Assembly (NCBI RefSeq): GCF_018977255.1 | Contig: NW_024704743.1 | Coordinates: forward strand, 83,764,001-83,828,000 | From: Callorhinchus milii | Lineage: Eukaryota | Length of the DNA stretch: 64,000 bases | Direction of reading: 5' to 3' | Shown here: piece after piece, positions 51,336-63,650 of the stretch | How positions within the stretch are numbered: the first letter of the stretch is position 1 | How the letters are laid out: the number at the start of each line of letters is the position of its first letter | The notes under the pieces: generated by a model | The model's database searches: none | What the model was told of the DNA's origin: nothing | The model's input: only the letters and a program-made list of their open reading frames with translations | Position numbers and translations under genes: made by a program

Positions 51336-53202
51336 TATTATAAATTTAGTGCATAACTGGTTTAGAATTCTGTGACATAGGTTAAATGAAAGTACAATTT
51401 TAGTCGATTTTCTTCATTTCCATCCTATACAAGTTTGGTGTTGCAGCAGTAGCAATGCTTATTTGATAGTTTCCTACAAGTTCAAATGGAAGAACTGTCT
51501 GGGGTTTTAATCTACCAGCCTCAGTAATAATCTTGTTAACCAGTACCTCATAATGGTGAAGAGTTCCATCTTGATGGAACTGATGAATTCAGTTGATACA
51601 GTTTTTTGTGGTGTAGCTCATGTCTTGCTGATCATTCAGGAAGCATTATTGGATGAGCAGAAAGTGAAATCAATAAGACTGGCTTCTTGAGTTCAGTTTA
51701 TTGATTTGTTCCATCACAAAATCAAATCGAGAGGTACTTGCCTTCTGAAATGAAGAACAGAACAGAAATATTGAGAATTAAATTCCCCCCCCACATCACC
51801 TGATTCCATCTCTATTCAACAACACAACAAATTGTACTTATATTACCATTTATATAGGGAAGTTAGAAGAAATTTCTTTACACAGATATTAGTGGGAATG
51901 TGGAACATGCTACTACAAAGAGTTGTTGAGGCTAATAGTATAGACGAGAGAGAAAGGAATAGAAAGTTGCGCTTGAAGGCTTAGTTGAGGAAGGGCAGGA
52001 GGAGGCTCATGTGAAGCATGAACACCGGCATAGACCAGTTGGGCCGAATGGCCTGTTTCTGTGCTGTATATTCTAATGTATTCTAATGTATATTGCACTT
52101 TTCACATTCGGAGGATCTCCCAAAGCATTGGACAGTTGAAGGTTTGCACCTGAGTTGGGGGTAAGTGGATTCAGGAGGGCCAAGGTCAGTGGGGGAGGGA
52201 AGATAACCGAAGGCACAGTCAAAGAGGATAGTCTTGAGGTGGAGCTTGAAGGAGGAAAGCAATGCCTGGGGAGGGCGGATAATGTGAAGCAGGCCAGTGC
52301 CCGCTGAGCAGAGGGAGCGGGCAGGTTGGTAAGGATTTAGAAGGTCACAATGACAGGGTGGGGCAAGATCATAGTGGTATTTAGAAAGTGAGGACAAGGA
52401 ACTTGAACTTGATCCTCTGGGGGATCTCACACCAAATCTGCTAACAACTTTCACACATTGCCTTTGTTCCCTCCTGAGCTCTACATCAGGATTTTTAGAT
52501 CATAGTCTAGATTAATAACAACAACAACAACTTGGATTTATATAGCGCCCTCCACGCTGGACGGCATCTCAGAGCATTACCCAGAACAATAGTGGAGGAA
52601 GTATTTCAGTGTTGGAGGCATCATCCTTCGAATGAGATGTTGAAACAAGTCTTTTAGGAGGAAGTTAAAGATCTCATGACACTGTTCAAAAGGACAAGGG
52701 AGTTTCTCCATGTGTCCGTCCGACAATCCTCCAGACAAATTGATCATTCGTTTCATAGCAACGTTGACAATGAATGGTTATAATGGAAGAAATCCCACTG
52801 AAGTTCAATGTCACTGTCATGGAAATTGACGGTAATTTCAGTTAAATAGAATCCAAGGCTTGTTGAGTGACAGCCATAACAGGTATTGTGTAAAATGGAC
52901 AATGCCAAACTAATCTTTAAATGAGATCTTGTCTCTGAACTATGTTTTCTACCAAGTTAAAAAATTATTACTTAAGAGTGTGGATTTGGGAAGTACAGCT
53001 GATTCCTACTGATCCGTGCATTGGACCGTATATCCGCATATCTGCATTGGGGCTGAGATGCGGAAGTGAAATGGTGCTGAAATGCCAGTGAAAATATTGA
53101 TTTAAGTTTAAACTGTACTGCGAGGTAAGTGTGTTCATTGAGAAATTTTGTACAAGGTACAGTATAGATTTAGAGACAGAGAGAAAGCAAGTCAGAGTTT
53201 AT

Positions 53203-53585
53203 AATAACAATCCTTGCATTTGATATATCACTGTATTACATCATTGAGATGTCTCAAATCGCTTCACAGGAGATACTGTAAAGTTATGTGATTGTGTTTA
53301 TTTGGTGGCTAACACAGCAGCCGATTTGCAAACAACAATGTCCCACAAATAGCCATGGAGTGAGTAACCAATTTTATTTGGGAGATTGTTGACCAAGGCC
53401 TTGGGATAAATTCCCTTCTCTTTTTGAATAGTGCTATGGGATCTTTAACATCCATCCAGACAGGCAGACAAAACCTCAGTTTATTGTCTCATTTTGAAGG
53501 ATGGTACCTCTGACAATGCAGCACCCCCCCATATTGCACTAAGTGCCAGCATAGACTATATGGGTTGCAAGTTGCAACATGGAGC
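53203..53585 (-). mobile_element. Deu-domain SINE; its head continues at ~55176-55210 beyond the young L2
   Basis: Family motifs present. TGACTCAGAGAG...CAACTGAACCAGGTTGAC directly after the L2 tail completes the head. Confidence 0.82.
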
Positions 53586-53589
53586 TCCA

Positions 53590-55175
53590 TTAAAAACTGC
53601 CATCATCACGCCCACCCTGAAAAAACCCTCCCTTGATGCGTCGCAGCTATCAAGTTACCGGCCCATCTCCAACCTCCCCTTTCTCTCCAAGGTCTTGGAA
53701 AGAGTTGTCGCCTCCCAACTGCGCTCTTTCCTTTCCACCCATTCTCTTTTCGAACCCCTTCAGTCAGGTTTCCGTGCTGCCCATAGCACAGAAACTGCCC
53801 TGGTCAAGGTCACCAATGATATCCTGACCATCTGTGACCAGGGCTCCCTCTGTCTCCTCGTCCTCCTCGACCTATCGGCAGCAATCGATACGGTCGACCA
53901 CGCTATCCTACTCCACCGCTTGTCCTCCCACCTCAACCTTCAAGGCACTGTCCTTGAATGGTTTAGGTCGTACCTTTCTCACCGTCTTCATTTCGTCTCG
54001 ACGAATGGCTTCTCCTCCACCCCCCGCACTGTCTCATGTGGTGTCCCTCAGGGCTCTGTCCTTGGTCCCCTCCTCTTCACCCTCTATATGCTCCCCCTTG
54101 GTGACATCATCCGCAGACATGGGTTAACTTCCACATGTATGCGGATGACACCCAACTCTACCTTTCCTCCTCTACTCTCAACTCCACGACCACCGATGTC
54201 CTGACAGCCTGCCTGTCCGACATCGAGTCCTGGACGAGAGACAACTTTCTTCAGCTCAACGTGCGAAAAACCGAGGCCCTCCTGATTGGCTCACGTCAGC
54301 GCCTCCGCACCTCAGGCGCTGACACCATCAGCATCCAAGGCTGCACTCTCCACCTCTCAAAGCCAGTCAGGAACCTCGGCGTTTTGTTCGACCCTGAGCT
54401 GTCCTTTCTCCCTCACATCCGCACCACAACTGGCACCGCCTTCCATCACCTCCGGAACATCGCCAGACTACGGCACTACCTCACCCCTCACGCTGCTGAA
54501 ACCCTGGTTCACGCCTTTGTCACCTCAAGGCTGGACTATGGGAACTCTCTCCTCGCCGGCCTTCCCGCCACCTCCCTCCACAAGCTGCAGGTCATTCAGA
54601 ACTCTGCAGCTCGTGTACTGTCCCGCACCAGGCTTCGGGACCACATCACTCCCACCCTCGCTCGCCTCCACTGGCTCCCCATCCCCCAGAGGATTGATTT
54701 CAAGATCCTCATCCTCACCTACAAGGCCATTCACGGCCTTGCTCCCTCCTACCTCTCCAACCTACTATCCCCCTACCTACCTGCCCGTACCCTCCGTTCC
54801 TCTGGCTCCGGTCTGCTCCACGTCCCCCGCCCCAACCGCCCTACCATCGGTGGTCGGGCCTTCAGCCTCTCAGCCCCGAGGCTCTGGAACTCCATCCCCC
54901 AGTGCCTTCGCCTTGCTTCCTCCCTTTCCTCCTTCAAGGCCGGTCTCAAAACCTTTCTCTTTGACCGAGCCTTCAGCTCCCCTCTCGACTCTCTTCCCCC
55001 TCCTCGCTCCCTCCCTTCCCTCCCCTCACCCTGACCATTTCCCCCCTCCTCGCTCCCTCCCCTCCCCTGACCATTTCCCCCCTGCTCGGGTCATGACCCA
55101 ACTGTGCAGCGCCTTGGGACGTCCTCCTGACGTGAAAGGCGCTTTATAAATGGAATCTTGTTGTTGTTGTTGTTG
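53590..55175 (+). mobile_element. Young L2 LINE, 5'-truncated; RT domain intact except one 1-bp frameshift
   Basis: ORFs 53494-54204 and 54135-55034 join into a complete L2 RT/C-terminus ([44 protein letters not shown]). One G is missing at ~54121-54123 ([15 protein letters not shown]). 3' stem-loop at 55109-55142 and (TTG)n tail. Confidence 0.96.
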
Positions 55176-56742
55176 TTTTTGACTCAGAGAGTCAACTGAA
55201 CCAGGTTGACACATATTATGGATTAGTCAATGAGGAAGCCACAGAGTGATTCGGAGAGCGAGAGAGAGAGAGAGAATGTGGAAAAGACTGGTGCTATCGT
55301 GATGGTATAACTCCAGATGGAAGAAGTTTTTGGTTAGTATAACAGCCAAAACCTTAGTCAAAGCGGTACATTTTGAGAATGGCCTTGAACTGGGGGAGGG
55401 AGGGAATGATATGGTTGTGCACGAACCCTGAGGTGAGAGTGTTACCAAGATGACCTATACTCTATATCTAGCCAGCGCATTGAGACGTCCTCCCGACGTG
55501 AAAGGTGCTATACAAATGTAATTTTGTTTTTGCTCTCCTTTCATCAAGATGGAGCTTCTATGTAAATTGCCAAGCTTTGTGCAATGTATCCATCACTTGT
55601 TCTAACCTGATCGTGCTAAGTCAAAATAGTTCTGAATTATTGAAATACTTATGAGTCATAATTTCCTTGCTGTGAACCAGCTGATTTGTATAAAAGTGAG
55701 AAAAGATGTCACTCCCATCTATCAACAACCAATAAATTTACACAAGCAAAACATATTGTTTTACTCGTGCCACACAAAGCATGCTCATTGGATTGCAACA
55801 GAACAGTTAAATTTTACTTCACCATCTAGATAGAACATGATTAAATGCTTTATCTTTGTAAAGAGGTGTGTCTACCACAAATAACACGTAAAACATTCTG
55901 TCGCAAGATTCATTCACTCGCAGTGAAAATTGAATTTGCAGTTTCAGAGTTATTATCCATTGTTCCGACAATGTGGCCTTAGTTGATGTTCACTTTCAAC
56001 TACACTGAACAAATTTGTCATTGTACATTTAAAATCATCATAACGTGATTGTGTGGATTTTCTATGTATAATTAACTTTACATTTGTACTTATATATTTA
56101 TATTATTCATATTTTAGAATTGTGTTGTAATTGTACAGTATTTAAAGAATTCTTGGATAAATTTTCTAGGTTTAGGGAAAGACAGAGAATAAGTCAACAA
56201 TTTGGATTTATACAGCGCCCTATAAGACCACAAAATTAGTTTGGATGAAAATGGCCCATCTGATCTCATCCTTCCAGAATACCTGCCCTACCACCCTACA
56301 ATCACAGGATAAAGCTGACTTGTCCTGGCCCCATCCAATTTCCTGGTAACCTGGTTAAGTTGTTGATTATCCACTGGGTAAATAATTACCCTCTGGGTAA
56401 ACATGCAGGATAATGTCTCCGAGTGTATCACAGATGGGGCTAGAGATTAGGACATTGTAATTGAAACCTTGGCCACTGATTTCACAGTTTTTAAGGTGAC
56501 CGCAATTTTGGCAGCCAATTTGTGCACAACATTGTCTCATGAATAACCATTTTTGATGACCTTTATTTTAATCTTTTCAGATTGTTAGCCAGGAAACCAG
56601 GAGAAACTTCCTTCCCTTTTCAAACAGTGCAATGGGATTTTTAACATCCACCTGAACAGGCAGACAGGACTTCAATTTAACATCTCATCCAATGGACAAC
56701 ACTTCTGAGTTAACCACCCGGCATTGGAGGGTCAGCCTAGAC

Positions 56743-56963
56743 CAGTGGTCGCCAACTTTTAAGGTTGACCAACAAATACATTTTCTTCATTGAATGTTTC
56801 TTTATTTATGGCCGCATCATGGGTATCATGACTCAGTAGCTACTGGAACTTTGGTAAGGACTTGCCTGGACTGGTGCAGGGTTTTGGCAGGCCACTTCCT
56901 GACACTCCAGGAATTCGATCGCGATCGACTGGTCAATTGTGATCAACCGGTCGGAGACCTCTG
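56743..56963. mobile_element. hAT (Charlie-like) MITE nested in a Deu-SINE (~56455-57020, minus)
   Basis: Imperfect TIRs CAGTGGTCGCCAAC / GTCGGAGACCTCTG and subterminal GATCGCGATCGAC motifs. The left target GCCTAGAC resembles the Charlie-type NTCTAGAN site; the right copy ACGTTGAC is degenerate. Confidence 0.7.
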
Positions 56964-57624
56964 ACGTTGACTATGAATCCAAAGGCCCAACATGTGGGAC
57001 TTAAACCCACAACCTTGTGACTCGGTTTTCAGTTAAACATTGTAAAGCTACAATAACATATTTGAAGGTTATACATTTCTTTGGAAAAATAAGGGGGGGG
57101 AATGCAGTATTCTTAAATGCATTCCATTCCTTAAATGTTGCTGGGAAAATTAAGGAACATTTTATCAACTGGAAATTACAGTTAACAAAAAGTTTGGGAC
57201 TGAACACTTCCTCACCTCTCCTGACTTCTGGACAACAGTTTCCCCCACAGGCTCCTTACATTCCAAACAGCTGCCCCAGTTTTTTTCAGGTAGCAAGGAT
57301 CTGAGGTCTTTCACCGGCCACCCAGGGCAGCATTCCAACTTTTAATTTTACCATTTAAAAATAATTTTAAGATGGTATTTGGTAAAGAAGAGTGGCCATT
57401 CCCAGGGCTGGGGATAAACACCTTCATGATTGTGAACATAATCATTAAACAGCCACTCAACGTAAATGCCTCTTATGCCACATGTCTTCCCTGGTTAAAA
57501 GGAGCTGTGTTGCTGTTTTCATGCTGAACTGTGTTGTCCACTGGGAAGCTCGCAGGGAGTTCCTGGTATCTGCCATCCACCTAGTGAGGACACAAACCCA
57601 TGCTTGTTAAATGTCAAATGACTA

Positions 57625-58122
57625 TCCTCCTTGGGAGGGAGGTAAGCAGGGGCTTCTTGGAGCTGAACTAGCAACGTTTGGCAACGGAATCTCAGAATCG
57701 AACCAACCCTCTGTGGCAGTCTCAGTAGTCGTGTACCTGAACCAGTCGGGACCGCAGTATTCCAAGACACTGTTAATGACAGCGCAGCCAGTTTGGCTCA
57801 TCGGCAAGACTTGGAAGAGCAGACCAGTCACTGGGAGCACAGTGTCCCAGCTCCTGTTAACCCGTACAAGCCAAAGCCCCAATGGGAAAAATGTTCCTAG
57901 CTGGACAAGCAGCGGGAAAGCTTACCAAATAGTGATATCAATGGCAAGCTATGTGATTTTAGCTGGTTAGACTTCAGCAGTACCCAACACACCTTCTGGG
58001 GTCCCCAAGCCTTGGCTCTTGCCAACCTGCGCTTAATACTTTCCGGAATTAGGTAAACAGGAAGTATCCCTCCAAGTGATGGATTTCTGCATGTGTCAAG
58101 CACCCGGCTGACCAAAAAAACC
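57625..58122 (+). repeat. Unclassified interspersed repeat, copy B
   Basis: Inverted homologue of 43390-43995. Confidence 0.8.
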
Positions 58123-58300
58123 CACATATTATCCTATTTTTGGACTGAAATAAAATCCTGAAACTTGTCTGCTGAACCCCACATCTCTACTGTGTGGGTT
58201 ACTTGAGTGAAAAGCTTTTTAAACAAACAATCTTACATTTCACTGGAATTAATTGAGTATGCATATCTAGCGCCTTCGAATTTACATTTTTCTGCAACAC

Positions 58301-58320
58301 TTACGCCACCTAGTAGCACT
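58301..58320. promoter_or_regulatory. Candidate CTCF site
   Basis: ACGCCACCTAGTAGC closely matches the CTCF core GCGCCACCTAGTGG(C). Unique sequence. Confidence 0.4.
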
Positions 58321-58649
58321 AACTAGAACTGCACACACCTATTCAAAGAGGCTCACAGAATAATTAAAATTCACCCAGTTTCAATTTGTAAGAGAGATCC
58401 ATGGGTTCTTCAGTTATTCAAATGAACTGATGTGAACAAATGAACTGTACAAATAAGTAGATTAGATTGTTACACAGTTCCCAAATTGCTTATTCTCTCT
58501 ATAATATATAAAAAAGCAATTTATTGCTGCAATTCACTGTTAAGAGTAACCAGGCAATATTACAACTCTCTTTCATAATCCAATATACTTGAGGTCCTAA
58601 GTCATCAATACCAATAGTCTTAAACCTACATCATGCGCCATTACATTTG

Positions 58650-59045
58650 GGCATCAGCTTGGTTTTATTGATAGCCTTTAGGTCAGAAGGTGATCTTCAG
58701 GTCGATGTGAACTTTCAACTGATGGCTGACTCTCTAATACAGTGCTGGGGGTGTGCTGTATTGTCAGAGGTATTGTCCTTTGTACAAGATTTTAAAATAA
58801 TGTCCTGCCTAGCTGTTTAGGTGGAGTTAATGATCCCATAGCACTATTCAAAAGGAGAAGTTTCTTCAATGTCTTGGCCAACATCCCACATATGAAATAA
58901 ATTATTTACTTCATTGCTGTTTGTTGGACATTGTTGTATGCAACTTGCCTGCTTGATGTGTGCTTGCCTACAAAAATGCAGTCACGACACATTACAGAAA
59001 TGTTGAGACATTATAGGTGTTATATCAAATGCAGGGATTATTATT
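58650..59045 (+). mobile_element. Deu-domain SINE, decayed
   Basis: GTCAGAAGG, GGCTGAC, GATCCCATAGCACTATTCAAA and TATATCAAATGCAGGGATTATT motifs. Confidence 0.75.
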
Positions 59046-59399
59046 TTCTTTCAGCTTCAAGCAACAATGACAAAACTTGCACTTTGCTCCCACACCTACT
59101 CAGATTATGTCTTTCACTGGATTTAACATACCTGTGTATTCTCGAGCATAATATACTTATGAAGACAAAGGCTGATCAAAGACTTATTTCTATTGATTTG
59201 ACTAAATCACTTGATAAATATCACAGTGCTTTAACACCTTATTTGGTCAGGTTCCCCCAAACATTTAAAGGATACCACTTTTACATTGTTAATTTGTCCA
59301 GAGTTATCTGGTAATGCACAATGGATGTTTTTTTTGATTTTTACAGGGATGGATAAAGTCCTGGAATTCTAAAGTTGTGTCACTGCCTTCTCCTTCACG

Positions 59400-59701
59400 C
59401 TACTAGGGCACTCGCTTTGCAAGCGAGAGACCCGAGTTCAATTCCAAGCAGGGCGAAACCTTGGGCAAGTTTCCTTACTCCACACGCCTAATAATAATCC
59501 CTCCAAAAACACAAAACAATAATAAATTGATCATTTTTAATCCATGACTGTTTGTGGAACATTGCTGTGCGCAATGGCCTGCCGCGTTCGCCCACAAATA
59601 TACAGTCAATTCACTTTACAGTCTATTCTGTGAAGCGCTCTGGGACGTCTAGAAGACGTGAAAAGCGCTATATCAAATGCAAGGATTATTATTATTATTA
59701 T
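59400..59701 (+). mobile_element. tRNA-derived SINE, short form (5' end clipped)
   Basis: Aligns closely with 27072-27370, including the same internal deletion junction CACGCCT|AATAATAATCCCTCC. Confidence 0.92.
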
Positions 59702-59711
59702 GACTCTGGAT

Positions 59712-60930
59712 AGATCATAGAATCTTACAGAAGGAGGCTATTCGGCTCATCATACCTGTGCCAGCTCTTTGAAACAACTATCCAACTAGTCCCACTCTCC
59801 CTCTCTTACTCCAGAACCCTGCTATTTTTTCCTTTTCAAGTACCTATCTAATTCCTTTTTGAAAGCTACTTTTGAATCTGCTTCTACCATCCTTTCAGGC
59901 AGTGGATTCCAAATCGTAATAACTCTCTACACAAAAAAAATATTTTCATCTCCCTCTGGTTCTTTTGCCAATTATCTTAAATTTGTGTCCTCTGGTTACC
60001 GACCAACCCACCAGAAGAATAGGAATAGACTTGTTGAAAGAATTCAGGTGCATGGTGTTAAAGGAAATGTGGCAGCACAGACAGAATGGTGGCTCAAGGG
60101 CAGAAAACAGAGAATTAGGATAACTGGATGTTTTCCAGACTGAAGAGTCTGAACAGTGGCATCCACCAGGGGTCAGTCATATGAGCAATGCTTTTCTCCA
60201 TGGATATAAATGATCTGGAGCCGCAATATCAAAATATGAAAATGATTCAAACTAGAGCATGTAGCTAAATCTGAATAATTATTAGAACACCATATTAAAT
60301 GGATATGGTGCCTTACAAATTGGGAGGAGATCTTAAAGTGGTTCATACAACTAACTTGGCACCCGAGCTGAGGAAGGGGTAAAGTTGATAAAGCCCAGTC
60401 AAAGAGATAGATCTTAAGGCAGACTTTAAAACCGGGAAAGAGGTCTCTAAATGTCGAGAGGGGCAGCAGAATGGTTGAAAGCTTACCACTAAGGTAAGGC
60501 AGATTGGGCAAGGACATGAAGCAGATTACTGTTAGCTGAGCAGAGGGAATGACAAGGTCAATAAGTAGACGAGAGTAAAGGTTTTTCAGAATACACAAGA
60601 TAAAGGTTTTTAAAATTATGAGGGGTTTTGATAACATAAATGGAGAAATTATTCCCACTGGTTGGTGAGTCAGTAACTAGGGGCATAGATTTAAAGTAAT
60701 TACTAGAGAACAAGGGAAAGGTTTGGAGTAATTTTTTACACAGGTGGTTGTTAGAATATGAAACTCCCTAATGGAATATTAACCTTTAAGGCAGAATGAG
60801 CTAACTATCTCAAAAAAGCAAAATATAAAAGGGCATGGGGGAAAGGCAGGAGAATAACTTATTAATTATATTATTTCAGAGAGCCAGCCTGAGTATGATG
60901 GGTCATAGTTTTTTCTGTGGCTTCTAAGGC
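59712..60930. mobile_element. Cluster of CR1 fragments (minus 3' end 59712-60010; plus fragments ~60025-60235 and ~60590-60930)
   Basis: CR1 3'UTR GAAGGAGGCTATTCGGCTCATC on the reverse strand, the HGVKGNVAAQTEWWLKGRKQRI RT motif, and FKIMRGFD...FFTQVVVRI C-terminal text. Confidence 0.8.
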
Positions 60931-63234
60931 TGTATTGGTGTTAAATACATTTCAAAGCGGTCATCAATCCTTATCCACTAGATGGAGGGATGCTTCAATT
61001 CACAAATTGTGTCAAGCTTTCAGGACATTGCTGAATACAACACATACTGTAGTCGAAATACAAATGCCATGTCTCTTCGAGGAGTGATGCTGACACTTGA
61101 GGTTCTGGAGCCAGTAATGTGGGGTGAATGTTACAATTTGGAGACCTGGGTGCTTTACTTCCAAGTCGTGTTACTTTGGAAGGTTGTTCTGTCGTACGCA
61201 ACACTCTTTCAGCAGAGATAGTATCCTGAGGTCCTGTCTATTTGTTCTTGGGGTGGATGTTAAAGTTTCCATGGGTATAAAAGATTCATTGTGTGGTTTT
61301 TATAACATTTGAGGTAATAACTATTGATGATGCTAGTTATAAGGGGAATATTTGCAATCATATAGTGTTTAACATTAATTGGGAAAAGAATATTCCTACA
61401 ACTTCCCAATGGTTCCTCTCTTCTGCTTCTTTTTTAAATCGATCATCTTGTTGTTTGATTGTTTAAATTTTAGCGGCTGGACTGACTTTTAGCATCATGA
61501 TTTGATGTAATATTTATTTTCCAGCCAGGATCTGCTGAAGTAGTGGGAAGTGCACAATCTACATGGCCCAGAAATAATATTTTCCCCATCAGGTGGAGGT
61601 CTCAGGCAGAGGCTAGCCAGTGTTGGTCACTTCAAATGGTTTTGAATCTGCACAGATTTAAACTCTGTAAAAAAAAGCAAATTTTCCCTGGTATTCTGGT
61701 TAACAGATTCTTTAGATAAATTTACCATTCACCTCAAGGCTTTTGTGGATCTTTGTTCTGTGTAAACTGTGTAAAAGTGTAAACATTTATCTGCATTCAC
61801 ATAGTCATTGTACTTGTCAGCAATTACCTATAGACCATTTTGGCATTATAGGAGCTATATCAAATTGTAGGATTATTATTATTATGGTTCTATACCTGAA
61901 AACACATATGGATATACAGGAAAAGTACAGGGACAAGCTTTGTAGTGTACACATCTTGAATTGGGAGCACTATTTAATTCCTGCCTTTCAAACACAGCAA
62001 TGGTATTAAAACCAATTTAAAAATAGCAGGGAGTTGTATCTTTATTTAATATAAGATTACAGAAGTTAATTCAAGGTAATAATCCAACCTCATGGATAAA
62101 ATGTTAGTAAGCCATTTGGCCTTTGCTCTCCCAGTTTGTGATTTCAGCTAAGCTCATCGATTGGATTAGTACTTGTAATTCATTCAGACATATCCAGCAG
62201 CCTTGATGTTCATACAGAATATTGTCTATGTTGGGCACCACTCTTTTCAATTAAAAACAAGATAGCACAAAGAAGTCAAAGAGTGCCTTTCAAATTAATT
62301 TTAAAATGAATTGCAACCCACCTAAGGGGAATTATCTGTCTATTCTGTACTTTTTATATTAAAAGATCAGAAATATTAAACAACTAAACCAAAGTACATT
62401 AAATACAACTTTTAATATCACCAAGGTTGATCACCAGGAAAGTAAGTGGTAATGTCGGCACACTTTCCGATTGATTGTTCACAGCATTGCTGGTTTGGAC
62501 GTTACCATGGAAATAGTGGCCAGCAACAAATACATAAATGAATCTGCATGATTGCTCAATGTCTTCCTTTGGAATACTGTAATAGCACAAAGTCAGGCAC
62601 TGTGAATGCCATTTGATCTATTGGTGGTTCTTCTATTTTTCAAACTTTTAATAACGAGGTCTGATTATTCCAGCCTAGTGGGTCGTCCTATACTATGTTG
62701 GCGATTAGAAGACACGCTGACTTGGATTTCTGAAAGACATGTCACTGCAGGTTGTTAACCATTTACAATGGTTTCAATACTCCCTGAATGCTGCAGTGAT
62801 CATGGAAACGTTTGCAAAGTGTTTAGTAATTAACATACAACCTCCTCGGTTGTTGCATTTAATATGACATTTATGAGCAAGTATCACTTCGACTCAAGGC
62901 AGTCAGTCCACTCTGGCTGTCAAGCTCTGAGTCACACGGAATTGCTCTGCCTTGCTTTAAACAGTAGGAAACTTGTTTCTCTTTCTTTCAAATGAGTGGC
63001 TGTGATTTCAAACTTTGTTTCAGCACAACGCACTTATAGACAAGGTACAGTGTGCTCCAAATGGGGGAAGCTGGAGCTCTTTTTATACAGCCTGACCACT
63101 GAGACTTCACTGCAGCCTGAGATGTAACAATGAGTAACAATGGGAATATAGAAATCGTGTCTCGCATTAAGATTTGTTTTGGTTTGGTTCCTTTTTTGAC
63201 AACAACTTTTTCTTGAGGCATAGGGATGCAGCCC

Positions 63235-63650
63235 ATTCAGGCTCCAATACACTGTACTCTCACCTTTGGGTCAGAAGGTTGTTGATTCAATCCGCAATTG
63301 GGACTTATTCTAGGCTGAAACTTCTTGTGCATTACTGGAGGTTTGCACACAAAACACACACAGTCAAATTACTTTATAAGTTATCTTGTGAAACACTTTA
63401 AAACGTTTCAATGGCCTGGTAAGGCGCTGTTTCAAATTCCAAGATAATTATAATGTTAAGGTGGTTGTCCTTCAGATGTAATGTTAAAAGAGGAGCCCAT
63501 CTGCCTGCACAGGTAAATATTAAAGATATCATGAATCCCATGAAACTGTTTGAAAAGAGAAGGGAATTTCTCCCAATGTTCTACCCAATAACCCTCCAAA
63601 TTAATTAGTCATTTACCTCATGGCTATTTGTAGGATCTTGTGAAATGAGA
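63235..63650 (+). mobile_element. Deu-domain SINE pieces, interrupted by another SINE tail
   Basis: GGGTCAGAAGGTTGTTGATTCAA head, TCTAGGCTGA, CTTCAGATG...TTAAA and ATCCCATGAAACTGTTTGAA motifs. Confidence 0.65.

Noticed and set aside
54286..55149. 287-aa Ser/Pro-rich overlapping ORF in the L2
   Set aside because: An alternative frame of a C-rich L2 ORF2 starting at a non-ATG codon, likely open through composition bias.
6430..56400. Novel short repeat (GATTGGTTTGGATGAAGAAGGCC…CATCTGATCTCA…) at ~6435, 13800, 14548, 28530, 33706 and 56235
   Set aside because: Best explained as minus-strand 3' ends of an old CR1 family; adjacent sequence at ~28670 reads FFTQR(I/V)IN on the reverse strand.
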